DNA of 64,000 bases, taken from NCBI GenBank assembly GCA_040395455.1, contig JBEBQJ010000004.1, positions 9,678 through 73,677 on the forward strand. Direction: 5' to 3'. Each line of letters begins with the position of its first letter. Positions within the stretch are counted from its first letter, which is position 1. Shown here piece after piece: positions 29,141-39,050 of the stretch. A program made the position numbers and the translations under genes. This stretch comes from Sphingobacterium yanglingense. Lineage in GTDB: Bacteria > Bacteroidota > Bacteroidia > Sphingobacteriales > Sphingobacteriaceae. The notes beneath the pieces were generated by a model. That model saw only the letters and a list, made by a program, of their open reading frames with translations. It made no database searches and was not told where the DNA came from.

Positions 29141-31153
29141 ATGGCAAATAAACTCCAAAACGAGAGCTCTCCCTATCTCAAGCAGCACATGCACAATCCA
29201 GTCCATTGGATGCCTTGGGGAGAAGAAGCATTGACGAAAGCTAAACAAGAAAATAAATTAATCATTATAAGTATAGGATATTCCGCCTGTCATTGGTGCC
29301 ACGTCATGGAGCGTGAAAGTTTCGAAAACGAAGCTATTGCGCAAACCATGAATAAATTTTACGTTTCTATAAAAATAGATAGAGAAGAGCGCCCAGATAT
29401 CGACCAGATTTATATGATTGCAGTGCAATTGATGACAAAATCCGGCGGATGGCCTCTTAATGTAATATGCTTGCCAGATGGGCGCCCTATTTATGGAGGA
29501 ACCTATTTCAAACCACAAGACTGGCAAAACATCTTGCTACAAATAGCGCAAATGTGGGATGAAACACCTCACGTGGCTATCGAATATGCAGAAAAGCTTA
29601 CCGCTGGGATACAGCAGGCAGAGAGACTACCTATTGCCGAAATAGCAGAGCAATACACCCTCAAGGATCTAAAAACAATCGTATTACCTTGGAAAGAACA
29701 GTTTGATTACCAAGATGGTGGATATCGTAGATCTCCAAAATTCCCTCTACCCAATAACTGGGTCTTCCTGCTACGCTACGCTACACTCACAAAAGATGAG
29801 GAAATCCGCTCACATACACACTTCACTTTAGAGAAAATTGCGAATGGGGGCATCTATGATCATATAGGAGGTGGCTTTTGTCGGTACTCCGTCGATGAGA
29901 AATGGCATGTGCCACATTTTGAAAAAATGCTATATGACAATGGTCAGTTGATATCACTCTACAGTGAGGCATACCAACAGACGGCCACTCCACAGTACAA
30001 GCGTGTCGTAGAAGAAACTATCGCCTGGGCTATCCGTGAGATGAAAGCGCCTAATGGTGGTTTTTATAGCGCACTGGATGCCGACAGCGAAGGCGTAGAA
30101 GGTAAATTTTACACCTTCGATTCAGAAGAATTTCAGGTATTAGAACGTGATGCCGAACTGGCTCGCAATTATTTCAATATCACAGACGAGGGCAATTGGA
30201 GTGAAGAAAACACCAATATACCATTTGTCATGAGTGCCAATGACCACCTCATTGCAGAAGCTGGTTTTTCACAAGAGGAGTGGGAGATTTATTTAGCAGA
30301 GATAAAAGCTAAATTACTACAATATCGTGCAAAAAGAATACGCCCTGGATTAGATACCAAACAGCTTACAGCCTGGAACGCTCTACTATTGAAAGGTCTT
30401 ATTGATGCCTATCGTACTTTCAATACCCCTTTATACCTAACTACAGCATTAGGCATAGCAGATTTTATAATCAAAGAGTGTACGATAGAAAACACTATAC
30501 TGCATCAACCTGCCGACGACAACAGAAGAATAAACGGCTTCTTGGATGATTATGCATTTACAATCGAGGCCTATACCGCACTCTATGAGGTAACTTTTGA
30601 CGAATCATGGCTCCATAAAGCTAGAGGGTTAGCAGAACGTGCAATCGAGTTATTCTATGAAGTAGAAACCGCTACATTCTATTACACACCTAATAATGGA
30701 GAAGAACTCATAGCTCGAAAAAGTGAAATCATGGATAATGTTATTCCAGGCTCTTCCTCCACTATCACGCGACAACTTTACAAATTAGGCCTTCTGCTTG
30801 ATGAAGATAATTTCACCGCGATAGCCAGTCAAGTGTTTGCCAATGTATTTCCACATATTGCATCTTATGGATCAGCCTATTCTAATTGGGCCATCCAATT
30901 ATTAGAACTTCACTTCGGCACCAATGAGATCGCGTTGACAGGACAACATGCCCTGCAATGGCGCAAAGAATTGGACCAGAACCTGTATGTTCCAAATAAA
31001 ATAATATCAGGAGGAACAAATTCTACACTTCCTTTACTAGTAAATAAACAAGAATTGGATTCAAAAGCATACCTTTGTCGCAACAAAACTTGCAGTCTTC
31101 CTCAGCCGTCGATTGCAAAATTGATTGAATTAATAAATAATAACGAGGCTTAA
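29141..31153 (+). CDS. Thioredoxin-domain protein, DUF255 / YyaL family
   Basis: 670 aa. The N-terminus [22 protein letters not shown]...[17 protein letters not shown] is the DUF255 thioredoxin-fold signature. A long alpha/alpha-toroid-like C-terminal part follows. Confidence 0.85.
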   Translation: MANKLQNESSPYLKQHMHNPVHWMPWGEEALTKAKQENKLIIISIGYSACHWCHVMERESFENEAIAQTMNKFYVSIKIDREERPDIDQIYMIAVQLMTKSGGWPLNVICLPDGRPIYGGTYFKPQDWQNILLQIAQMWDETPHVAIEYAEKLTAGIQQAERLPIAEIAEQYTLKDLKTIVLPWKEQFDYQDGGYRRSPKFPLPNNWVFLLRYATLTKDEEIRSHTHFTLEKIANGGIYDHIGGGFCRYSVDEKWHVPHFEKMLYDNGQLISLYSEAYQQTATPQYKRVVEETIAWAIREMKAPNGGFYSALDADSEGVEGKFYTFDSEEFQVLERDAELARNYFNITDEGNWSEENTNIPFVMSANDHLIAEAGFSQEEWEIYLAEIKAKLLQYRAKRIRPGLDTKQLTAWNALLLKGLIDAYRTFNTPLYLTTALGIADFIIKECTIENTILHQPADDNRRINGFLDDYAFTIEAYTALYEVTFDESWLHKARGLAERAIELFYEVETATFYYTPNNGEELIARKSEIMDNVIPGSSSTITRQLYKLGLLLDEDNFTAIASQVFANVFPHIASYGSAYSNWAIQLLELHFGTNEIALTGQHALQWRKELDQNLYVPNKIISGGTNSTLPLLVNKQELDSKAYLCRNKTCSLPQPSIAKLIELINNNEA

Positions 31154-31173
31154 ACCTCTTTAAACAGTAAAAA

Positions 31174-31674
31174 ATGGCAATAGAAAACAACAACGTAGTA
31201 ACGTTGAATTACACACTTCATACAATTGAAGAAAACGGAGAGAAAACGTTTGTAGAACAGACAACAACTGAAAATCCACTAACATTTCTATACGGTGTAG
31301 GAATGATGTTACCAAAATTTGAAGAAAACATTGCAGGTCTTCAGATTGGCGACAAGACATCTTTTGCATTAGATGCTGTTGATGCTTACGGAGAAAGAGA
31401 CGACAAAGCGATGGCACAATTGCCTGCGGAAATGTTTAACGAGACAGGCATGCCTCCTGTTGGTGAAGTATTGCCATTGCAAGATAACCAAGGAAATCAA
31501 TTCCGTGCAGTAGTAGTTGAAGTAAGCCCTGAGGTTGTTGTAGCAGACTTAAACCACCCAATGGCAGGCAAGAAATTGAACTTCGACATCGAGATATTGG
31601 CAATGCGTCCAGCAACTGAAGAGGAGCTGTCTCATGGCCACTCTCACGGTATCGACGGTACCGAAGGTCACTAA
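31174..31674 (+). CDS. slyD: FKBP-type peptidyl-prolyl cis-trans isomerase, SlyD-like
   Basis: 166 aa. It shows VVTLNYTLH...FLYGVGMMLPKFEENIAGLQIGD...HPMAGKKLNFDIEIL and a His-rich tail (HGHSHGIDGTEGH). Confidence 0.8.
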   Translation: MAIENNNVVTLNYTLHTIEENGEKTFVEQTTTENPLTFLYGVGMMLPKFEENIAGLQIGDKTSFALDAVDAYGERDDKAMAQLPAEMFNETGMPPVGEVLPLQDNQGNQFRAVVVEVSPEVVVADLNHPMAGKKLNFDIEILAMRPATEEELSHGHSHGIDGTEGH

Positions 31675-31683
31675 ATAAACAAA

Positions 31684-31717
31684 AAGGAGCAAAGACATTC
31701 AACAATCTTTGCTCCTT
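31684..31717. terminator. Bidirectional terminator hairpin between slyD and the convergent gene
   Basis: AAGGAGCAAAGA-cattcaacaa-TCTTTGCTCCTT forms a perfect 12-bp stem. Confidence 0.7.
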
Positions 31718-31734
31718 AATCTTTAGTCTTGACT

Positions 31735-32400
31735 CTATAGTTTTACAGCTCGTAACATTTCTCTTTTTCCTGGTGCCCCAGGTGCTTTTTCTATTTTAAA
31801 ACCTAACGCTTTCATAGAACGCTTTAAGTTTCCAGTAATCGCATAGGTGACAAAGACTCCACCAACACGCAAATACTGGCAAACATGAGCTAAAGTCTCA
31901 TCTGTCCACATCTCGGGCTGATGCACTGCAGCAAAAGCATCAAAATAGATAACATCAAATAATTCATTACTTTTAAATTCCAATACTTTACAGTGGGCGA
32001 TTTGCAAATCGACATCCTCCATAAAGCACACCGAACCAGCCAAGGCGTCAGCATAGGTAGCCCTAAACTTCTCCCAAACGAAAGGCGCGACATAATTATC
32101 ATATTGGGTAGCAAATATGACATCCACAGCCAAGGGATAGGCCTCAATACCACAGTACCGTAGTTTAATCTCCTCTCTCACCACATAATCGGCAGACTGT
32201 AAGAAATTGAGCCCGGTACCAAATCCCACCTCTAGTACAGCGACAGCATCAGTTTCTTCTTTTTCAATATAGTGTGCTAAACCCGATTGAATGAAGACAT
32301 GTTTACTCTCCTGTACTGCGCCATGTTTTGAATGGTAATGCTCTCCAACTTCAGCATGATATAAGGTACTAGAACCATCGGCTGTAACCACAAAATCCAT
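31735..32400 (-). CDS. mnmD: tRNA (mnm5s2U34) methyltransferase, MnmD/MnmC-N-like SAM-dependent enzyme
   Basis: TADGSSTLYHAEVGEHYHSKHGAVQESKHVFI...VLEVGFGTGLNFL...IYFDAFA matches the stand-alone MnmC methyltransferase-domain family. The start is taken at the ATG at 32400 rather than the ORF-track 32442. Confidence 0.6.
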   Translation of the reverse strand: MDFVVTADGSSTLYHAEVGEHYHSKHGAVQESKHVFIQSGLAHYIEKEETDAVAVLEVGFGTGLNFLQSADYVVREEIKLRYCGIEAYPLAVDVIFATQYDNYVAPFVWEKFRATYADALAGSVCFMEDVDLQIAHCKVLEFKSNELFDVIYFDAFAAVHQPEMWTDETLAHVCQYLRVGGVFVTYAITGNLKRSMKALGFKIEKAPGAPGKREMLRAVKL

Positions 32401-32461
32401 ATTATTTCTTTTTACAAATTTACACAAATCATAAGTAAACACAGTATAGAAATATTAGGTA

Positions 32462-33406
32462 TTAAAACCTAATACCACCTTTAATACGACCATATTGATG
32501 ATTACTATACATCTCTCTCCCCTCTTTGGTGTTAAAAAGAAATCCCACTTCAATTGAAAAACGCTTTCGAGAATACGCAATTCCCACTGTCTGCGTAAAC
32601 AACTGCTTTTCTATACTATAATGTTGTCCTTGCCTTCTTGAAAATAATGCCCCCTGTATAGTCGCATTGTAAAACTGGTATGTATAGCCTGGAGAGCAGA
32701 AAAAATAGCACTCCATATCATCAGAAAAGAAACCACCGTTCCCAACAAAATAACTCCTAGAAAGCGGGGCTAATTTGCCGACACGAAAAAACACCTGACT
32801 GGAAAGATTAGTAAAATCAGTCCCCACTCTCCCCGAGGCAGCTGTAGACACTTCAAAACTGTTTGCTTGATTTCTCCACAACGTCTTTGCAACCGAAGCT
32901 TCTAAATCTACACCAATAGCACTATTGATGTTAGATTCCCAGCTTTCCACTTCATACATATGGAATTTTTTATGTATAAAACGTTGTATCTCCTCTCCCT
33001 TTCCTGCCTTCCCCAAGGTACTTATTTCAACCTTGACATTCCACAACCAATCCTTTACATACGTGCGTTGGAACTGGGCATTAAGAAAAAAACGACCAGT
33101 CGACGGACGGTCCCACTTTAAATCTTCAACTCCGTATATTTCAGTACCATTAAAAAGCTGATGCCCCAGTTGCGCCCGTAATAAATCGACTCGAACAGAA
33201 GTCTTCGCCAAAGGTTTGTCAAAAGCCATTACCAATCCATTGGTATAATACTGGTCTTGTCCTTTCATCAGATAGGAATCATTATCAGTCTGTAGACTGA
33301 GTCCATAACGCCTATTCGTCTGAGAGAATACGCAGAATATCGTCAAGGATAGCCACCCTAATACAAGCACTATTTTTCTGAAGAGAAGGACAAACCTACC
33401 ACTCAT
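32462..33406 (-). CDS. Outer-membrane LpxR-like (lipid A 3'-O-deacylase family / DUF2219) protein
   Basis: It has a signal peptide and the motif LQTDNDSYLMKGQDQYYTNGL, which is typical of the family. It is beta-rich and ends in an aromatic residue (GGIRF). Confidence 0.5.
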   Translation of the reverse strand: MSGRFVLLFRKIVLVLGWLSLTIFCVFSQTNRRYGLSLQTDNDSYLMKGQDQYYTNGLVMAFDKPLAKTSVRVDLLRAQLGHQLFNGTEIYGVEDLKWDRPSTGRFFLNAQFQRTYVKDWLWNVKVEISTLGKAGKGEEIQRFIHKKFHMYEVESWESNINSAIGVDLEASVAKTLWRNQANSFEVSTAASGRVGTDFTNLSSQVFFRVGKLAPLSRSYFVGNGGFFSDDMECYFFCSPGYTYQFYNATIQGALFSRRQGQHYSIEKQLFTQTVGIAYSRKRFSIEVGFLFNTKEGREMYSNHQYGRIKGGIRF

Positions 33407-33660
33407 TTATTGTCATTAATCTATTAACCAATACATCGTCCGAAATGCATAAAAACAACCGCCTCTACCAAACTTAAGCTTATTTGGACAAAAAACAGCG
33501 TATAATCAAGCCTATATTTCAAAAAAGACACATTTGATACCTTCACAATCCTACGAGGAAGCCTTACAATTATCCCCTAAGCTTCCTTTCTATCAAAATA
33601 AACAGATTTAAGGCTGAATTAATAATAAAAATAAGCTATTTTAGCTTAAGACTAATCCTT

Positions 33661-34911
33661 ATGCAATCTATTCTCAAAAATTACAGCAGCATCATACTCC
33701 TTCTGGTCGGAATCACTATCGGTAGCCTTATAGGCCTGCTCCTTCCTGATTTTGTTCCTTATATAAAACCATTAGGAGATATCTTCCTGAATCTTCTATT
33801 TGTAGCAGTAATCCCACTATTGTTCTTTGCAATATCGTCTGCTGTCGCTAATATCGAAGGCAACAATCGCTTAGGAAGAATATTGACCACCATGTCGTTG
33901 GTATTCATTATCACGATCATTGTGGCTGCCATACTAACCATATTGGGGCTTTGGGCTTTTCCAGTGACAGCTGTAAGTGACGGGCAAGGTCCTGACGAAG
34001 CGCTTCTAAATGCGGCTAGCGACAGTTGGGGTGAAAAAATAGTTCGATTTGTCACAGTAGGCGAATTCGTCAATTTATTATCCAGACAGAACATACTCGC
34101 ATTCGTCATTTTTTCCTTTTTGGTAGGAATATCCGTAAGAAAGAGCGGTGAAGCAGCTCAACCTTTCTTACGCTTCCTCATAGCAGGTAATGAGGTTATG
34201 AAAAATATGCTGGATATTGTCATGAAATTGGGTCCAATAGGACTAGGTGCTTACTTCGCCCACCAAGTACACGAATTAGGACCTGAGCTATTTGGTTTTT
34301 ATGCAAAGCCTTTAGCTTTCTACTATATCTTCGGGACCATCTTTTTCTTCATTCTGTTTTCGGTATACGCATTCATCGCCCGAGGCCATAAAGGCGTGCC
34401 TCTTTTTTGGAAAAACAATATCACCCCATCACTCACTGCACTAAGTACCTGCAGTAGTCTTGCCACACTCCCTTCCAACCTCTTGGCAGCAAAAAGAATA
34501 GGCGTGCCTAATAGTGTAGCCAACGTTGTAATTCCACTCGGCAATACCCTATATAAAAATGGATCGGCCATATCTTCCATACTTAAAATCTATGTCGCAT
34601 TTTCGATTTTAGAGTGGGATTTTTTTGAACCATCTACCCTATTGATGGCAGTAGGAATTACCTTATTGGTCAGCATGGTTGCTGGAGGAATTCCCAATGG
34701 GGGCTTCATAGGTGAAATGTTGATGATATCAGTATATAATATCCCTAACGAAGCAATACCGGCCATCATGATTATCGGTGCACTTGTAGATCCACTGGCC
34801 ACCATACTCAATGCAACAGGCGATACTGTCGCTGCAATGCTAGTAACACGATTTTCTGGAGAGAAATTCACAAAAGGAGAAGAAGAGATAGTAGACAGTA
34901 GTATTGTTTAA
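33661..34911 (+). CDS. Dicarboxylate/amino acid:cation symporter (DAACS family)
   Basis: 416-aa polytopic protein with DAACS reentrant-loop motifs (SSLATLP, VIPLGNTLYKNGSA, GGIPNGGF, DPLATILNATGDTVAA). Confidence 0.85.
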   Translation: MQSILKNYSSIILLLVGITIGSLIGLLLPDFVPYIKPLGDIFLNLLFVAVIPLLFFAISSAVANIEGNNRLGRILTTMSLVFIITIIVAAILTILGLWAFPVTAVSDGQGPDEALLNAASDSWGEKIVRFVTVGEFVNLLSRQNILAFVIFSFLVGISVRKSGEAAQPFLRFLIAGNEVMKNMLDIVMKLGPIGLGAYFAHQVHELGPELFGFYAKPLAFYYIFGTIFFFILFSVYAFIARGHKGVPLFWKNNITPSLTALSTCSSLATLPSNLLAAKRIGVPNSVANVVIPLGNTLYKNGSAISSILKIYVAFSILEWDFFEPSTLLMAVGITLLVSMVAGGIPNGGFIGEMLMISVYNIPNEAIPAIMIIGALVDPLATILNATGDTVAAMLVTRFSGEKFTKGEEEIVDSSIV

Positions 34912-35150
34912 AATCCGCTGCCTATACGGCGAAGATTTCAAGGAAAAGAGTTTTATGCATTCTTTTTTCCACCTTTATTTGTAATATTGATGATGCAATC
35001 ACTCTACCTATCTTAGAATGACAACAAAGAGACACAAAAAAACATCTAACACCTATCTATCAACCACATAGACATCCCAATAAGTCTATTTAGATTTGCT
35101 CTAAATAAAGGGCTAAGCTTGCTAAATTCCTTCTTTCATTTCTCATTTCG

Positions 35151-35158
35151 TAATTTTG
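35151..35158 (+). promoter_or_regulatory. Candidate -7 promoter box (TAATTTTG) for ccmE
   Basis: Exact TAnnTTTG match 81 nt upstream of the ccmE ATG. A second match (TAGATTTG) lies at 35091-35098. Confidence 0.4.
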
Positions 35159-35238
35159 CAATTGATTACACAGCAAGTAGAAATCATAAACGAATACTTG
35201 GCATATGAATAACATCATTGCCACAACAAAACGCATAA

Positions 35239-35646
35239 ATGAAAAAAAGTTCCATCATCTTAATTGTAATCATAGCAATAGCCATTGCCATGATTTTAGT
35301 TATTTACACGGATTCCAGTACCTATTCAACCTTTGCAGAAGCAAAAGAGAAGAACACAGAACTTTATGTGGTCGGCGTGTTGAATAAAGAAAAAGACCTA
35401 CACTACGACCCGGTAAAAGATGCCAATCATTTCTCATTCTACATGTACGATAATGATAGTACCGAATGTCAGGTTGTATTCAATGGTTCAAAACCACAGG
35501 ACATAGAACGTTCGGAACAAATCGTATTAACAGGAAAGATGGAAGGAAACACATTTCATGCGAGCAAAATCCTGATGAAATGTCCTTCAAAATACAATAA
35601 AGACCAAGTTGAGGTAATCGAAGCTACAACTACTGCTTCTTTATAA
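35239..35646 (+). CDS. ccmE: Cytochrome c maturation haem chaperone CcmE, CxxxY variant
   Basis: 135 aa. It has an N-terminal TM anchor, an OB-fold-like body (ELYVVGVL...FSFYMYD...VVFNGSKPQD...IVLTGKMEGNTFHASKILMKCPSKY), and Cys115 (35581-35583) in the position of the usual haem-binding His. Confidence 0.75.
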   Translation: MKKSSIILIVIIAIAIAMILVIYTDSSTYSTFAEAKEKNTELYVVGVLNKEKDLHYDPVKDANHFSFYMYDNDSTECQVVFNGSKPQDIERSEQIVLTGKMEGNTFHASKILMKCPSKYNKDQVEVIEATTTASL

Positions 35647-35676
35647 CCCAGACTTCTAATTTCTTACTCAATAACA

Positions 35677-38157
35677 ATGGATATTACTTACGTAGGCGAG
35701 CACCTATGGCCAGGGAAGATAGGGCAATTTTTTGTTATACTATCTTTTGGTGCCTCTTTACTATCACTTATCAGTTATTTCTTTGCGACTAAAAACCCTG
35801 AAGAAAAACATTGGAAAAAATTAGGACGCATCGGTTTTCTATTAAATGCTGTTTCTATTGTTACAATAGGTTCGATTTTATTTTATTTAATATATAACCA
35901 TTATTTCGAGTACCACTATGTATGGGCTCACTCTTCCAAGTCTTTACCTACGCATTACATCATTTCTTCGTTTTGGGAAGGACAAGAAGGAAGTTTTTGG
36001 CTTTGGATGTTTTGGCAGGTTGTACTGGGTACGGTGCTTATTTTTAGAGCTAAAAGCTGGGAAACTCCAGTAATGACTTTCGTCATGCTATGTCAGACTT
36101 TCCTAGCAACTATGCTAATAGGTGTTGAGATATTTGGAAACCGCTTAGGAAGCTCACCTTTCATTCTATTACGGGATGCCTTAGATATCCCTGTATTAAA
36201 AGACCCCAATTACCTTTCAATGATTGCAGATGGTAATGGGTTGAACCCTCTCTTACAGAACTACTGGATGGTTATCCATCCGCCGACATTGTTTCTTGGA
36301 TTCGCCTCGATGATAGTTCCTTTTGCCTATGCCGCAGCTGGGCTTTGGCAAAAACGTTATAAAGAATGGATGACTCCAGGCTTACCATGGGCTTTATTCG
36401 CGGTCATGATTCTAGGAGGCGGTATCATAATGGGTTCATTTTGGGCATATGAGGCACTAAACTTTGGAGGTTTTTGGGCCTGGGACCCTGTAGAAAACGT
36501 ATCTATCATACCGTGGTTTACACTCATTGCGGCAGTACACGTTATTCTAGCTTATAAACATTCGGGACACGGCTTCTTTACAGCAACCTTATTATCACTT
36601 ATAAGTTTCGTTCTAGTAATTTACGCCTCCTACTTGACAAGGTCTGGTATATTGGGAGAAACATCCGTACACTCTTTCACCAGCTTGGGAATGTCTGGTC
36701 AATTGATTTGGTTCAATCTGACCTTTCTATTCATCATGATCGGGCTCTTAGTATGGAGAAGAAAGGATTTGCCGCGGACACAAAAGGAAGAAGATATTTA
36801 TTCCAGAGAATTTTGGTTATTCATTGGTGCATTGGTATTGACGGTAGCCTGTGTGCAGATGATTGCCACAACATCCATCCCGGTATTCAACGCATTATTT
36901 GGGACCAAAGTAGCTCCTCCTATCGACCCAATCGCTCACTACAATAAATGGCAAGGGGCATTTGCAGTAGTAATATTATTACTTACCGCTGTGGCTCAGT
37001 TTCTGAAATACAAACGCACAGACAGTAAAAAATTCTGGGCGGCCACGCTGGCATCTTTAATAATAACAATTTTGATAGCTGGTATTGCAGTCTACTTTAC
37101 CAAGGTGTATACCAACGTAATGTATGTTTTGATTACATTCACAGCTATATTCTGTATAATTGCTAATATTCGTATACTGGGTGATGCTTTCAAAGGGAAG
37201 TGGAAATTAACAGGTTCTGCCGTATCTCATATCGGATTTGGGCTACTTGTCTTAGGGGCTCTTATCGCAGCAGCTACCAACGAAGTAATATCTGTTAATG
37301 ATAGTGGTTATATCGGAGTCCAAAACTTCGGAAAAGAAGGCGACAAATTTACAGACCCTGGAGAAAACCTATTCCTTACGGAGGGAGAACCTGTACAGAT
37401 GGGTGATTACAAAATCACTTATATAGGCGATAGTATAGCACCACCTAACGTGTATTACCATATCAAATACGAGCGCCTAGATGAAGAAAGTGGAAAAGTA
37501 AAAGAGCACTTCGTATTAAGCCCTTTTGCGCAGAATAACCCTGATATGGGTGGTCTTATTGGTACCCCTGCTACAAAGCATTACTTAACACACGACGTAT
37601 ACACCCTAATCACCGCCGCCGCGGCAGATTCACAAGCCCCAATGAGTAAAATCAAGGACGAAGAGAAAACCGGCTTTGAGGATTATGATGAGCCGGCGAC
37701 CTACCAAGTCAACATTGGAGATACACTCCGCTATAGGAATGGAATCTTCGTGATAGAAGGGATAAACAAGAACGCTAAACTGGAAAAAATTCCTTTAAAA
37801 CCTAGCGATGTCATTGTCGGTCTTAAGATAAAAGTTATAGCTGCAGACGAAAAAACATATGAAGCAGAGCCAACATTCCTATTGAAAGATGGTAATGCTT
37901 ATGACTTCAATAAAGATGTGAGTGAGCAAGGCCTGAAATTCAGATTTACCAATATACTGCCTGAGAAGGACAAGCTGGAAATCATGGTCTATCAAAAACC
38001 ACTTCCGGAGAAAAAATGGATTGTTTTTAAAGCCATAAAATTCCCTTACATCAACTTCTTCTGGCTCGGGACTATCGTAATGACAGTAGGCTTTTGTATG
38101 GCTATATACAGAAGAATTAAAGAAGGTAAAAAGAGCAATGTAAAAACCGAGATATGA
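35677..38157 (+). CDS. Cytochrome c biogenesis haem lyase/handling protein (CcmF/NrfE/CcsA family)
   Basis: 826-aa polytopic protein with the Trp-rich haem-handling motif (FGGFWAWDPVEN) and FWEGQEGSFWLW. It lies directly after ccmE. Confidence 0.8.
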   Translation: MDITYVGEHLWPGKIGQFFVILSFGASLLSLISYFFATKNPEEKHWKKLGRIGFLLNAVSIVTIGSILFYLIYNHYFEYHYVWAHSSKSLPTHYIISSFWEGQEGSFWLWMFWQVVLGTVLIFRAKSWETPVMTFVMLCQTFLATMLIGVEIFGNRLGSSPFILLRDALDIPVLKDPNYLSMIADGNGLNPLLQNYWMVIHPPTLFLGFASMIVPFAYAAAGLWQKRYKEWMTPGLPWALFAVMILGGGIIMGSFWAYEALNFGGFWAWDPVENVSIIPWFTLIAAVHVILAYKHSGHGFFTATLLSLISFVLVIYASYLTRSGILGETSVHSFTSLGMSGQLIWFNLTFLFIMIGLLVWRRKDLPRTQKEEDIYSREFWLFIGALVLTVACVQMIATTSIPVFNALFGTKVAPPIDPIAHYNKWQGAFAVVILLLTAVAQFLKYKRTDSKKFWAATLASLIITILIAGIAVYFTKVYTNVMYVLITFTAIFCIIANIRILGDAFKGKWKLTGSAVSHIGFGLLVLGALIAAATNEVISVNDSGYIGVQNFGKEGDKFTDPGENLFLTEGEPVQMGDYKITYIGDSIAPPNVYYHIKYERLDEESGKVKEHFVLSPFAQNNPDMGGLIGTPATKHYLTHDVYTLITAAAADSQAPMSKIKDEEKTGFEDYDEPATYQVNIGDTLRYRNGIFVIEGINKNAKLEKIPLKPSDVIVGLKIKVIAADEKTYEAEPTFLLKDGNAYDFNKDVSEQGLKFRFTNILPEKDKLEIMVYQKPLPEKKWIVFKAIKFPYINFFWLGTIVMTVGFCMAIYRRIKEGKKSNVKTEI

Positions 38158-38921
38158 CAATCGTAATACTAGGAAGTGGAAATGTAGCAAGTCATCTTGC
38201 TCGAGCACTCTACCATAACGGTCATCAGATCATACAGACATACAGTAGACAATCAGCCAATGCAAAAGCATTGGCTGACGCCGTTAACGCTATACCGATT
38301 TCAGATTTAAAGGACATGGATTGCAACGCAGATATCTATGTCATTGCCGTAAGTGACTCTGCTATTCCTGAAATTATTACTGACATGCCCAACCCTACAA
38401 AAGGAATTGTCGTACATACCTCAGGAGCAACACCAATAGACATATTAAATCGCTTTAGTAAATATGGAGTAATATATCCCGCGCAGAGCATCAGTAAACA
38501 GATTGAAATTGATATGAGCCTAATTCCAATTGGAATTGAAGCGGATTCTAAAGAAACATCCCTATTTCTTTCCCAACTCTTAACACCGATAACACCTCAT
38601 ATATTTCCGTGCGACACCCGACAAAGGCTGGCATTACACGTCGCTGCTGTACTAGTGAACAACTTCGCCAATGCACTCTTTAATATGGCTCAAGGTATCC
38701 TAGAGCGCGAACAACTTGATTTCTCCCTACTCCGCCCCATCATTTTAGAGACCGCAAATAAGGTGCAAAACTATCTCCCATCGGAGGTACAAACCGGCCC
38801 CGCTTCAAGAAATGATCTTGGGACGATAAATAAGCATTTGCAATTCCTAAGTTATTCAAATGAGCTAACTGAAATCTATCAACATTTATCTACTTTCATT
38901 ACTAAAAGCAGACCGAAATAA
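38154..38921 (+). CDS. Rossmann-fold DUF2520-type oxidoreductase-like protein
   Basis: It has an N-terminal dinucleotide fold (IVILGSGNVASHLARAL) and a C-terminal GPASRND motif typical of DUF2520 proteins. It overlaps the upstream stop by 4 nt. Confidence 0.55.
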   Translation: MTIVILGSGNVASHLARALYHNGHQIIQTYSRQSANAKALADAVNAIPISDLKDMDCNADIYVIAVSDSAIPEIITDMPNPTKGIVVHTSGATPIDILNRFSKYGVIYPAQSISKQIEIDMSLIPIGIEADSKETSLFLSQLLTPITPHIFPCDTRQRLALHVAAVLVNNFANALFNMAQGILEREQLDFSLLRPIILETANKVQNYLPSEVQTGPASRNDLGTINKHLQFLSYSNELTEIYQHLSTFITKSRPK

Positions 38922-38981
38922 CCCATTGTTTACGAAAAAACTAAAAGTTTAAACCTGCATCATAAACCGCAAATTACTTGT

Positions 38982-38989
38982 TAATTTTG
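38982..38989 (+). promoter_or_regulatory. Candidate -7 promoter box (TAATTTTG)
   Basis: Exact TAnnTTTG match 62 nt upstream of the ATG at 39051. Confidence 0.4.
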
Positions 38990-39013
38990 CTGTAGATTAA
39001 AACAAACACGCTT

Positions 39014-39027
39014 AACAAACGTTTGTT
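39014..39027. promoter_or_regulatory. 14-bp perfect palindrome AACAAACGTTTGTT (candidate operator)
   Basis: Self-complementary 14-mer located between the -7 box candidate and the start codon. Confidence 0.4.
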
Positions 39028-39050
39028 CATAGAATAACTTCATATGTATC

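Noticed and set aside
28960-29151. 63-aa ORF in the spacer before the DUF255 gene.
   Set aside because: It starts inside the inverted repeat, is Asn/Gln/Thr-rich and low-complexity, and runs into the next gene's start. It is more likely non-coding.
33556-33587. Imperfect hairpin AGGAAGCCTTA...TAAGCTTCCT upstream of the DAACS symporter.
   Set aside because: The stem is bulged and there is no clear U-tract. Its position is ambiguous within a divergent promoter region, and no second copy exists.
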